DNA of 64,000 nt, from the NCBI GenBank assembly GCA_030704615.1, contig CM060733.1:12028001-12092000 (forward strand), given 5' to 3'. The DNA comes from Takakia lepidozioides. Taxonomy: Eukaryota; Plantae; Bryophyta. Both the position numbers and the translations under genes were made by a program. Positions 22,721-34,858 of this stretch are shown here, one piece after another (position 1 is the first letter of the stretch; each line of letters starts with the position of its first letter). The notes under the pieces were generated by a model, which saw only the letters and a list, made by a program, of their open reading frames with translations, searched no databases and was not told the DNA's origin.

Positions 22721-25700
22721 ATGCATTCGTTGTGCTGCATCTCCCATGTTCCTTTTGAGAGAGAACCCCGCTCTCTATCTGGGTCAAAACAGAGCAAGAT
22801 GCCGTCGTGCCTCGATCTCAGTAACTCCTTCAGAAGTCACAACACAAATTCAAGCAAAGGGATAGATTCAGGTCCCCTCACTCCTCTTATGATGAAGAAC
22901 GTGTCCACTTCAACGGAGGTGAGTCCTGAGAGCGAGGGCCGCAGGTCCCCTATTGGTGCTGGCGGGGGAAAAACCATGACTGTTACTCCTGCTGGAGGTT
23001 TGAAAACCACAAGTTTCTCGGGAGAGCTTTATCAGGTTATGGATGGATCGGCGACACCGCAGGGAGGTGGAATCGTGAATGTTGCTGGAATTCTATATAA
23101 GTGGGTCAACTATGGCAAGGGATGGAGGCCCCGATGGTTTACCCTTCAGGAGGGTGTTTTATCATATTACAAAGTGCATGGTCCCGACAAGGTTGCTGTC
23201 AACCATGAGCGGCACAAAGGCTTGCGCCTGATTGGAGAGGAGGCGCAGCGGCTGATGCGGAAGCAAAAGCAGGGTCATGCAGATGACAAGAGACCTCGAA
23301 AAGCCTTCGGAGAGGTGCATTTGAAGGTATGATATTACACTTAGCGTTTGTCAACATCTCAAGAATTGGCATTCGCAAAGTCTACTGGTGCTAAATTCAA
23401 GTTGCCCTAACTCACACATCGTGTGATAGAGATTGAAACGTATGGGCACTCCTATCTGCGCCGCAGGGGGTTGTTCCTATCCTTTGTGAGGTCACCAAAA
23501 ACTCCCAAGTGTAAATCCTAATGCTTCCAACAGGGTGGAAACCCCACATCTACTTGTAAACATGCGTTGTAAACCATTTAACCATCAGTTGCTTGGGAAC
23601 CCCTCAGACACCACCCAAAGGTCTGAGTGAAGTACGGGAAGGAGTCTGTCGAAATTTGTGTCGTGCTAGTTTTACCAGTTCAGTAACAGGTTCAGGATTA
23701 GTGGCGAGAATTGCATTGGAAGACATAGATGTTTACTGCAATTGCTTATGGCCAGGTTATACTTCTACCAAGCGTCTCCTGCAAAAGCATTACCTGCCTG
23801 GGCAATGGTCGTCTTAGCTTTCGGCATATTCAGGTAGTTATTCTTTCAAGTTTGTCATCCTTTAAAAAGTTTAGCAGTAGCCCTGGAACGGTGACAAGCA
23901 TGCCTACACACAAGGATGTGCATGTTTCCCTCCTTAAAACTACTATTACAACATGCTACTCATCCACTTGGAAATTCTGGCTCATTATTTGCGTGGTGGC
24001 ATGTTCTTGCAGGTTTCCTCTCTCCGTGATAGCAAGTCAGATGACAAGAGGTTTTACATCTACTCTGGAACAAAGACGCTTCATCTCCGAGCAGAGACCA
24101 AGGAAGACCGGATGGTCTGGCTGGAGTCCCTGCAAGCTGCCAAAGATTTGTTCCCTCGAAGTTCAATTCTGATTGGTTTGATATCACCACCAGAAGAAAT
24201 CACAATATCAACAGAGAGGTTAAGGTTGAAATTAGTAGAAGAAGGCTTGTCAGAGGAGGCTATTACAGAGTGCGAGGATATTATGCTGGGGGAATTCTCT
24301 GAAGTGAAAGAACAGTTGAGGCTTATGCAGCAGCGACGAATGTGCCTGCTTGAGAGGTTGCGACTTCTGGAGGTATTAATAACAGCCTTACTTCTTGGTG
24401 TTGCTTAGTAAGGGACCAAGAGGTGGTCATTGGATGTTGTAGAAAGTGTTGGTTTGTTGTCAGATCTGTCGGCATGGGGGATATGATTGCTGTTGGAGAT
24501 GTTTTTGTGACATTTCACCAAGTTATATCTGCATTTAGGGTTGCTTTTGCATTGCTCTTGTAAAGCCCAGGTTCAGCTGGGCGTCTTTAGTGGGTAAACA
24601 CTGTAATACTCAGTAACCTGTTATGATAGCAGTAGGTTGATTATGAGGTCACTTCTTCTGGGGAGTTGAGGGGTTGGATCAGGTAGCACATTCAGACAGG
24701 CATTGCGGGGGCACCAACAATGTGTTGGGGGTGGAATTCTCGTGCTAGCACTGCTCATGGGGTGGTTTTCTTATGAATGATCTTGTGGCGAGCGCAGGCT
24801 GAAAAAGTAGAGTTGGAGACAACAGTTGTGGATGAAATGCAAAGTCAATCGAGAGCCGGCAAGGGTCCTCGACTCGGCAAGTACCATGGCATGTATCTAT
24901 CCTCTCTCTCTCTCTCTCTCTCTCTCTTGCGCACACATTCTCTGTGCTGTATACCTTGAAAATACTTAAAAAAGGAATTTATCTGGTATGAGAGTGTTGT
25001 TTTTGGTGGATATGAGATGAGCGGCTAACCAGGAGCAGTTTTTGTGGCCACAAGGCTATAGCATCTTTAGGATAGAATACTTGCCACATGTATCATATCT
25101 GTGTAAGGTGGGTTAGTAGAGTACCAGTTATGGAATTGAGTACTGTTTTGTCCTTTATCAAACCAGGACTTGGTGTCCTCCAAGCGGATTATCCTTGTCT
25201 GTTGACAATTGCCATGGAAATCTTGGGATGGGTTTCCATGCCTTGGTAGGTAGAAACCCCATGACGGGCTCCAGGATTGAAACAACCCCACTGTGCACCA
25301 TTCACCTTTCTAAATACTAGATGACAGTGATCATCCAACCAGTGAGCAGTGTATGTGTCATGGACTCTCATAAATAGATACTACCAAGAACAGGCCAGCC
25401 TACTATAAGATCTTATGTTATGTCCCTTTTCCGCAGCTTTTGATGTGGTTCTTAGATTTTGGTTGATTGTAGTGGATCATCACTATCACTCTTGAACAAT
25501 CCACTTCTTCTAATTCAATTATCAAGAGAGGGCCCTGTAGTTAGGGCACAATGCCACCTTGGAAGGAAGTGGTCCTGGGTTCAAAACCACATAGGTGTGT
25601 GTTGGATGTCACCCCCCACAGCCAACCCAGCTATGAAAGAGGGGTCACTAATTAGGTCATCTAATTTGTGGGTACTTGGGGTATTTACCTAGGTCCATCG

Positions 25701-28700
25701 ACCCTTGGGGGGACCACTTGCCCCAGTTCGGGCTTTTGAAGGTGTCCAGTGTCCACCTTCCAAACAGATGGCAGTAGCCTTCGAGGTGAAGATACACCAT
25801 AATTTATGCTAGCTTCAGCAGGAGCCCATCTTTTGTTGATTGTTTGGGAAAAGTGAAGCTATTAGACCATTTCATCAAAATCTGCTTCTTGGCTAACAGG
25901 GGGAAGTGAAACTGAGTCAGATGATGAGCATCATCATAAGGAAGAAGGGATTGGTGATGTGGAGACTGACGATGAAGACGACGTCTTCTTCGATACGAAT
26001 GAATCGTTGGGATCAGCAATCCTCCGTCAGAATTGCAAGGAAATGGACTCACCCAAACATGGTGCCAATGGGGCAGAAATTGAGATGGACTTGGTTGGCT
26101 TCGACTACCCGACAGTTAAGCGAAGGAATGGTCTGCCCATACCAAAGGAAAAGGAGAAGAGTGTGAGTTTGTGGTCAATGATTAAGGACAATATTGGCAA
26201 GGATCTCACCAAGGTGTGCTTGCCAGTGTACTTCAATGAGCCCATTTCATCCTTGCAGCGGTGTTTTGAAGATTTGGAGTACTCATACCTACTCGACCGT
26301 GCATATGAGTGGGGAAAGAGAGTGAGTATCATGCCCTTTGTTGTTGTAGTCCCTTTTGCAATGTCAGTTGTTTGCGTGGGGGGTGGGATTGCTTACTGGA
26401 TATGCATGCTTCCAGCCTTTCAAACATTCTGATATTGGTGCTCTGTTCTTCTTCATTTGCACTAAGCAGCCAAGCTTAGGAGGCTTGCATGTTTAACTGC
26501 AGTTACAAAGTTTTTGAACCTACTCTGGATTGTGCAGGGTAATAGCCTACTGAGGGTCCTGCATGTGGCAGCATTTGCTGTGTCTGGGTACGCATCTACA
26601 GAGGGACGGACATGTAAGCCCTTTAATCCATTGCTTGGGGAGACTTATGAGGCGGATTACCCTGATAAGGGGCTGCGGTTCTTCTCTGAGAAGGTCAGTA
26701 TCATAGATCCTTCTCTTCAGGCATTGTTCAAATGGTTGTCTTCTAAAAGTCACCTAGGAGCCAAGAGTTACGACGTCTTTAATCATGCATATTCACGGAG
26801 CTTGTATGTTGTGTGGATGCATGCTATCCTAGCTAGACTGTTATTTTGCCAGCTTGGTTTTGTTTTGAAACTTTCAATCAATCGCAGGTCAGCCATCACC
26901 CAATGATTGTGGCATGCCACTGCGAGGGCCGAGGCTGGAAGTTTTGGGGTGACAGTAACCTGAAAAGCAAGTTTTGGGGGCGCTCGATCCAGCTTGACCC
27001 CGTGGGTACTCTCACACTCCAGTTTGATGATGGAGAAATTTTCCAATGGACAAAGGTGGCTTCTCTTTCTTACTCTCTCTTTGACCCTTACAGTGGATGT
27101 TTGTTTGTAAGTGCCTTGCTGTGTCTCTTGAGGCCACTTGGTTCAAAGCATCCTCAATGAGATCTTCATAATATATGATACATTTCAGTCAGTGGTATTG
27201 TTTGCAAGGTTGATGTATGGGTGTCTAATAAAACATTTCAGAAATAAACTCAAGGAGACAAAGCATTCCATTGGACCAAGGTTCTCAACTACTCTCTAGT
27301 TCAGTCGACTGAACTGCTGGGTAAATTGCTCTTGCGATTTGATTGCAAGGTGAGTAACTGGGGTTTCTTCAACTCTTCTGTGGCATTTGAGGGGTGGCAG
27401 GTGACAACATCAGTTTACAATCTAATATTGGGGAAGCTCTATGTGGACCACTACGGCACCATGCGCATTCAGGGAAACCGTGACCTTTCATGCAAGCTCA
27501 AGTTCAAGGAGCAGTCAATCATTGACCGCAATCCTCATCAGGTAGCATGGAGGGCCTTATGATCAAACAGATCACAATGGCTGCACACCACATTCCTTGT
27601 GTATTGCACACTTCAAGTCCACAAGTGTGGAAAACATGCTGATATTCACAGGTCTGACGTGTAGAAACTCAACACATGGCACATAATGCGAAACCTATAT
27701 CACAGAATGCAATTGGCAAATCTATCAGAACCAGCAAATAAAGGTCGTCTAAAGAGACTCTGGTTTTTAAACTATACCAAATAGAAAAGAGGGGCCCGTT
27801 GATCAAACTTGAAATTAGAGTCGGACATTCCACATCTTCTGTGGGAGGACCTATTAATTCCAAAAATTCATACACTTCATCAAAACAGGCGGTGTTCCTA
27901 TAAAATATTGATTTCTGAATTGGTGTTGACCTAGACCATCTATGTGTACAAGATTGTGGAGCAACTTAGGTGTGGGCAGCCGTTAGGAGCTGTCTAAGTT
28001 GGATTCATAGTCATTTATATATCAGTAGGTTGGCCTCACTCGGCGATACATCCTTTGCAGAGGAAAAGTGCTAACTACTAGAGCTTAGATGTTTGCTCTG
28101 TGCTGTGCTAAATATGATTGTGCAAGCAGGTGCAAGGGTTTGTGCATGACAAGAACGGGCAGAAGCTGGCAACACTTCTGGGCAAGTGGGATGAGGCAAT
28201 GTACTATGTGATGGGGGATGCCGGCAAGAAAAATACCGACCCCATGTCTGAGGCGACCATGTTGTGGCAGAAGATTGAACTTCCTGAGAACTTGTCCCGC
28301 TATGGTCTATCGTTGTTTGCCATTACTCTGAATGAGCTCACCCCTGGGCTGAAGGTACTCCTCTCTTGTTCAAATGTGCCTTCCTTACACTTGCAAACAT
28401 ACACAGTTCCAACTAGATGCAACTTTCATTGGGCTTTATCTGGACCTGTATTGATTTGAGCTGCAGTAGAAATATTTCATGCTCTTATAAAGGGTGCGTG
28501 TATTGTATAGGAGAAGTTGCCACCAACAGACTCACGGGTACGCCCAGATCAGCGACATCTGGAGAATGGCGAGTATGATAGTGCCAATTCAGAGAAACTA
28601 CGACTTGAACAGAAACAGCGGCGAGTGCGTTAAGCTTACTCTTCCGCTACTCAATTGAATACAAAGATATGCAGGCAGGCTTTTGCTTTGGCTTGTTGGT

Positions 28701-29054
28701 TGTTCAGCCAGTGCAATCCAAGTCGAGTTAGTGTGTTTGGAATCTCTCTCATTGTGCCACATTGAATCATTACGTTTTCACCTAGGCTTAGGAGATGGTC
28801 ACTATTTAAAGGCCGGGGTGTTTGTGTGATGGAAGGATGTACAATCTTTAACCTTTGGGGTATCTGGAACAATGATGCAGGCAAGAAACCTGCAGGAGAC
28901 AGGCTGGCAGCCACAATGGTACTCCAAGGGAAAGGGCAAGGACACATTTGAGTACATAGGTGGATATTGGGAAGCAAGGAAGGATGGAAATTGGAAAAAC
29001 TGCCCAGATATTTTTGGGCCAGATTTGCCGGCTGCAGATGAAGATGGTAAATGA
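22721..29054 (+). CDS. Oxysterol-binding protein-related protein, ORP1 type (PH + ORD domains); exons 22721-23326, 24013-24372, 24798-24888, 25900-26321, 26538-26693, 26888-27055, 27401-27541, 28130-28354, 28511-28624, 28881-29054
   Basis: PH domain [18 protein letters not shown], acidic [10 protein letters not shown] (FFAT-like) motif, [33 protein letters not shown] signature and [13 protein letters not shown]. Exon phases join in frame. Confidence 0.95.
25527..25810 (+). mobile_element. Long SINE-like element in an ORP intron, sharing the family A 3' tail
   Basis: tRNA-like head with GGTTCAAAACC, a distinct ~170-bp core, then GTGTCCACCTTCC..GCAGTAGCCTTCGAGGTGAAGATACACCATAATTTATGCT. Confidence 0.6.
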
Positions 29055-30370
29055 AGACTAGGAGAGGGTCGTCCTTACAATTAAATCACCAGATGCTGGT
29101 TTTCCTCATTTTTTAATTTATGTAGAAGTAGGCTGCTCCTTCCTCTTTGATTGTGAGGCAATCAAATTGTAAAACATTGTTCTTTTCACCAGCAACTTAC
29201 ATGTGGCTGCATGCTCTACATAGTAACCGGCCCTGTTGGATTTTCTTTTGAGAACCACCAAGCTGAATTTTGTGTGCCCATCTCTGACTGGCTATTTGTG
29301 CGTTACTTTCACACAGTTTCTCTCTGTCTCTCCTGCAACCTACATTTAAGAAAACCTGGCACAAAAATATCCGCCAGATTCAGTTATGCTCGACTTCTGC
29401 AATCCCCCCTCCTTGCCCCATCTGCATAACGAGTTCATCTCTAATGAGTTCTGGCTCTGCTTCCAACGAAACTATCAGTGTCTTGAGGGCTGCAGAGACA
29501 AATGCAGCTGGTCAAAGCAGGAAACATGCATAATCAATGTCTTGGCGGAGTCCCAGATACTTTAACGATTGCCAAAAACCTTCCCCTGAGACTTTTGGTT
29601 TTATTTGTTCATCATCTGTCTCCTGGGTGCGAGAAGAAATACAACCTCCGAAACAGAAGTAACAGTGCTGCAAACAGTATCGCATTAGCCACATCTGCGT
29701 TCAGGCAGTGACTTACTTTAGCAGTGCTGCTGCAATTAGGACAGACACTCAAGTTTGAGACTCGTGGACTCAAAAACTAGAGACATGAACACTGTCAAAA
29801 GCACAAATGACAGCTACATCATCCCATCCGAAGCAAATTCTGAGAAATAGATACTCGATCGAAATAGTTATGAGCACTCCATTCACAAAAACTGGCGCAC
29901 AATTGTAGCTGCCTTCTTCTCAAATTTGTATATACAGGTTGTTACCACGAGGTATAGAGAAACTAAAAAGTGCGATTGCAAGATTGAATAACACAGCTTA
30001 CAACCTGAGTGGCGATGCACGACATAATTTTGCTACTTTGCAACAGTTGCGGTTTCGCCAGATGGAGGGAAAGGAGGAACAATGTCCAGACAAAACAGTA
30101 GCATCCTCCTCCCATTTAAATCTGCTTTTCTGCTTTGAGAATTCCTGTGAATAAATGACGGTCATGTCAGCTGCCTCCACGGACGACTTAGTTTGTAAAA
30201 CTGTACAACCAACAACGAGTGCATGAAGAGCAACCGCAAAAGATATGGAGCCTCTGCCACTTCATGCAAATCATGAAGTTCTGTGAAAATCATTGGCCTT
30301 CAGGAGACGATTTCAACAAGCGAAGGGTGAAGAAGGTCAGGAAACGTATGGCACAATTGTTGTATATTCA

Positions 30371-30985
30371 CTACTTTTTGGAGGAGCTGAATCCCTCAAA
30401 CCCCATCATGGAGGCCATGTCTGCGTCAAAGTCGTCGCCCATATCCTCCTTCGGTGCCTTATCCCTCTTCTTCTCCTTCTTCTTCTCTCTGCGTTGTCTC
30501 TTTCTTTCCTCTTCCTCTTCTTGCTGTTTCAGTATTCTAGTGTCGAGATCTTGCTCAGTAAAGCCTCCAGTGGTTTTCTTGCGCTTCAGAATATCAAACC
30601 GTTCCTGCACCTGTTGCAATGTTGCCCGCTCCACACGCATAGACATGCCGAGCGCCCTTTGATGCTTCTTCCCATTAATGTGATCGAGATAGTTGGCCGA
30701 ATCCTTCACCACGCATTCACAAACGCTGCAGAAGTATCCAGCCTGTTGGCTTAGGGGCGCAACCTGCGTGACCACCTGTGTCTTCCCAAGCCGAGAGGTG
30801 AGGTCCACTTCATAGTCTCGGTGCTTTAACGGTTTTCTTTGCACAGGAGGCCCCCTCCCTTTGGACCTATACCTCCCCTCCTCCTCCTCCTCCTCCTCCT
30901 CAAGCTCTCGCTCCCGTGCTAGTTGAAGATACTTCTTTTTGTTCCATTTCTTGCGAGAGGTATTATCCACACCACTCGCAGCCAT
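30371..30985 (-). CDS. ZMAT2: Zinc finger matrin-type protein 2 (Snu23, spliceosomal B-complex); coding sequence is intronless
   Basis: VDNTSRKKW..PLKHRDYEVDLTSRLGKTQVV..QAGYFCSVCECVVKDSANYLDHINGKKHQRALGMSMRVER..MMGFEGF. ATG at 30985. Confidence 0.93.
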   Translation of the reverse strand: MAASGVDNTSRKKWNKKKYLQLARERELEEEEEEEEGRYRSKGRGPPVQRKPLKHRDYEVDLTSRLGKTQVVTQVAPLSQQAGYFCSVCECVVKDSANYLDHINGKKHQRALGMSMRVERATLQQVQERFDILKRKKTTGGFTEQDLDTRILKQQEEEEERKRQRREKKKEKKRDKAPKEDMGDDFDADMASMMGFEGFSSSKK

Positions 30986-31485
30986 CGATCCGACAAATGT
31001 ATGCCCGCCCCGCCCAATTACTTCACCACTGACAAGCGCACCTACACGACACTCCCTTCCCTTCCAAAACTTCTTCACCCCAAACCTAGTAGGGAAACCG
31101 AGGAAACGGGGTGCCACCAAATTTCTCGATCCAATATATCACACAACAGTGTACACGCCAGAGGAATGCAAGTAGTCTTAAATGGTTCGGATCAGGAGAA
31201 ACAATCTCAATTCAATTCCCTCCCCCCATCCTCTCTACTCTTACCCTAAATCTCTCTCCTGTCTGCCTCTTCCTCAGATTTCCCTCCTCCCTAACACCTA
31301 TATCCCCCTCCAATACAAGCTCCTCCTCTCTACAGCCAGAATCCCTGCCCCCTTCACAATCTACACGCCAGTAATCACGTCTACATATCCCCCATCACCT
31401 CTTCGCCATATCTCACGAGCACACCCTAATCCTTCCCTCTTCTCTTCTCTTGTCTCAGCTACGGCGGCCTGGGCAGCCCATCCAG

Positions 31486-31862
31486 AAGGTAAAAGTGAAG
31501 CCTCTATCTTCATCCATCCATTATCCATCTATTTCCTTAAACAGGAACTCATCCATCCGTATTGAGTATATATATATATATATATATTTTAAGGTAAAAG
31601 TGAAGCCTCTATCTTCATCCATCCATTATCCATCTATTTCCTTAAACATGAACTCATCCATCCGTATTAAGTATATATATATATATATATTAGACAGTGG
31701 CCCTGTTAGAACTTTTATTTGGAATTATTTGGAGTATATTTACTTACCCAGAAAGTAAAAGTGAAGCCTCTATCTTCATCCATACATTATCCATCTTTTT
31801 CCTTAAACAGGAACTCATCCATCCGTATGGAGTATATTTATCCATCCGCATTGAGTATATTT
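31486..31862. repeat. Three ~105-bp repeats with (TA)n tails between the divergent ZMAT2 and RING genes
   Basis: gtaaaagtgaagcctctatcttcatccat.cattatccatct.tttccttaaaca.gaactcatccatccgtat at ~31489, ~31594 and ~31755. Confidence 0.85.
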
Positions 31863-32037
31863 AAGCATTCTTCGCACGCACGCTGTTGTGATCTTCACAC
31901 TTCACTCTTCCTCTCTCTCTCTCTCCCTTCTCTGTGTAAAAATGGTCCCCAAGCCTTGGTAGTGTATGAGATTTGGAGCAGCAGTGAGCTTGAGAACAGT
32001 GAGGTACTGTAGATCATAAGCATAATCAATTCCGTGC

Positions 32038-32943
32038 ATGGCGATCATCGGGGGTCGCTTCGTACTATCTGTGATTACCTTCTCCATCCTACTCTTGTTG
32101 TGTATTCTTTACCATATGTGTCGACGCCCTCGACGCACACCAGAAGGGTTGGGGAATGTGCACAGCCCTGAGGCTGAGGTCAACCCGAAGATTGTGAACG
32201 TACAGCGTGACAATATCATGGGGGGATTGGAAGGTTTTAAATACAGTTCGGAAACTATGAGAGAGGAGCTAGAGTGTGTTATCTGTATGGAAGAGTTTCG
32301 GGAGCACGAATTAGGAAGTTTGTTGCCCAATTGCGGGCACGTCTATCATACCGAGTGCATAGCTGCCTGGTTTAGTGTTTATTCTTGCTGCCCTATTTGT
32401 AGGACTAGTGCGCTGCCTCAATACACAGCTCTAATCAAGAATTCGTTTGTCAAGCCTTCGTTTGAGAAAAATGTAGAACCAGTAAACAGCTTAGTAGCCG
32501 GCTCCGGCTCAACAGATGATGAAGTTGGAGCCCCCACTTCCGAGCAAACAGTCGCGGCTGCAGAGAGCACGGATGAACTAGTGGCGGAGTCAGAGGCAGC
32601 AGCAAGTTGTCAGCCAACACTAGGTGGAGGGCAATACCCAGAAATTTTGGTTTTGGGGGATCAAGCACGAACATCTGCTCAATCCAGCGATTCTCAAGGT
32701 GAGGAGACACGATCGCGGGTAACAGCTTCGGTTTTTATCGACATACCTCTGAGCTCAGATTTCCGCAGTGCAGTTGCAGAAGCCACCTCTCCCGACTCCT
32801 TAGTTGCCCGTCTGAAGAAGGTCCACCTATATTTGTGGAGTGTAGAAGAGAAAAGTGCAGCGTCGTCAACTCAGTCTGGTGAGCTCGCCTCGGAAGATGA
32901 AAAAGGACAACACCGTTCTCTCCAGATCCAGATAGACAATTGA
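32038..32943 (+). CDS. ATL-type RING-H2 E3 ubiquitin ligase (single exon)
   Basis: N-terminal transmembrane helix followed by a basic patch, then CVICMEEF..LLPNCGHVYHTECIAAW..CPICR (C3H2C3). Confidence 0.9.
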   Translation: MAIIGGRFVLSVITFSILLLLCILYHMCRRPRRTPEGLGNVHSPEAEVNPKIVNVQRDNIMGGLEGFKYSSETMREELECVICMEEFREHELGSLLPNCGHVYHTECIAAWFSVYSCCPICRTSALPQYTALIKNSFVKPSFEKNVEPVNSLVAGSGSTDDEVGAPTSEQTVAAAESTDELVAESEAAASCQPTLGGGQYPEILVLGDQARTSAQSSDSQGEETRSRVTASVFIDIPLSSDFRSAVAEATSPDSLVARLKKVHLYLWSVEEKSAASSTQSGELASEDEKGQHRSLQIQIDN

Positions 32944-34858
32944 TTCTTGATTTTAACTTAACACTGGGCTGCTATTGCACCCATCTATCAAGGCACCTGT
33001 ACAATTTAATCAAGTAGTAGAGCCGCCAGAAACATAAAGCACTTGATTTCCAGGTATTCATGTCGATCCACTGGATTCAACACTAAAGGACAAGTGTGTT
33101 GTTAGAACTGGAACCTATTCTCGAAATCTTTGAGTGATAATTTTATGAGAGGTACAAAAGTAGTTTGGTTTATTAGTCAAATTGCATGCGGATTATGAAG
33201 ACTCAGATGTGATAGTATATGGAATCTTCAAACAAACCCTGTACTAAACTGTTTCCCTGAGAAAGCAGCCCTTGGGAACATTGCAAACCTTGGAAAAAGT
33301 TGAAGTTGGTTTTAGTTTAAGGCACAAAGTATGGGTAATGGAAAGAGGCAATTTTCAGTTTCTGTACCGCCAAGTTTGGAGCAATAGAGTATCCTTGCTT
33401 GTGTTGATTCAACGGCCATGTCAGTGGTTGAGTCCTTGCTTCCCTCATCACTTAGTGAGCAAATATTTAGTGGTGTTAAGATTTCAACTTTGCATACTTT
33501 AATATAGCCCATCAAGGGCAAGCTTTCAACAGAATTGTTGCTGGATCTCTTTTATGACTGCAAAATATCTAGATCCTCCAACCATTTTTAGTGCTGAGTA
33601 TGAAAGAATTTTTGTACACCATATAGTGCCCAAGGATTTGATGTTTCATACATGTTTAGATGCATTTGAAATCAGTCTAGTGAACTGCAGCAGTTCCTTC
33701 CTAACTGCTTACTTTTTCTGTAATGGGCTTCAATCCCTTTTTCTTTAAAAGAAAACAAATCTGAGAAAAAGAAAAAGAAAAAGACGGGCTGGTGGTGTTG
33801 CTTGTACAAGCTCTACTCAAACATTTAGTTTTGCTGCATGTACTGAAAAAGTGCTGAAGATACAGTATTAGTGAGCGAGGGCTCTTACCAGGGCTCAGCA
33901 AGAGTGCTTTCTTCAGTAAATTTTATTGGTGTCATCAAGCTTCAACTTCTCAGTGAAGATCAAGTGATAAGAACTCGAAGCCTTTTTGAATCTTGGGAGG
34001 ACATGCTTGCTTACCTCTACAGGTCACGCAATTAACAGCTGAATACTCCCTATCATCCAACTTCTGAAGAAGGCTTCCATCAGAGATGTTTGGATCTAAA
34101 CCCTCAACTCCAAATGTACGTGGTTGGAAAGCATCACACTCACCTTTAGCAAAGGTTTGCACATTGATGGCCCAACATGAGAGTGATTTTCAATCCATAG
34201 CAAGAGTTTGTATGGCAATTTCTAGTAAGATTCAGTTGGAGCGGAATGCCTTAAAGAGTCTTGAAATGCTTAGTGCAAAAATTGCCTCTTATGGAAAACT
34301 GAGTATCAGAGCAAACAGAGCTCTAAACTATTGCTTTGCAGGTGCAACATGGTGGGTGCATACAATTTCTCAGTTTCCAATACCACGCAGTTAGAGCTGA
34401 CCAATTTCTGAGGGGAATTTCTTAATGAGGTCCATTACAAGTAGAAGACCCAGAAGTCTTTCCAGACAAGGTTGTACAAACAAACATTCATACCTCAGAG
34501 TCCTTCAAGTTGTACCACCCTCCTATCGCCACATCCAAAACTTGGAAATGGTGAATTAAAGATCGAGATGAAATTTCCATCGCTGGCATCCCTAGGGATA
34601 CCATCAATTGTTACTAGGAAACGAAGGAAACGCATTGGGGAACAGGTTCTTTCTCAACCCACACGAGAGGCATTAAAGATTCAATCCACCCTTTGATCTA
34701 ATATGTTTATTTTGTGTGCCATGTGGCATGGTGTTGTACAAGCGGATATACCCCTCCCTCTCCCTACTTCAATGTAAAGCTATATCTTGATTCTCTTCCT
34801 CTCGGTTAGCTTGAACCTCATTCACTTGTAAAAAGGGACCCCTTCAGCAACCTTTTCA

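Noticed and set aside
30986-31120. 45-residue N-terminal extension of ZMAT2 in the ORF track
   Set aside because: It starts at a non-ATG codon; homology begins at the ATG at 30985.
33700-34400. Additional gene between the RING and Mpv17 genes
   Set aside because: Only short ORFs with no recognisable motif or consistent splice pattern.
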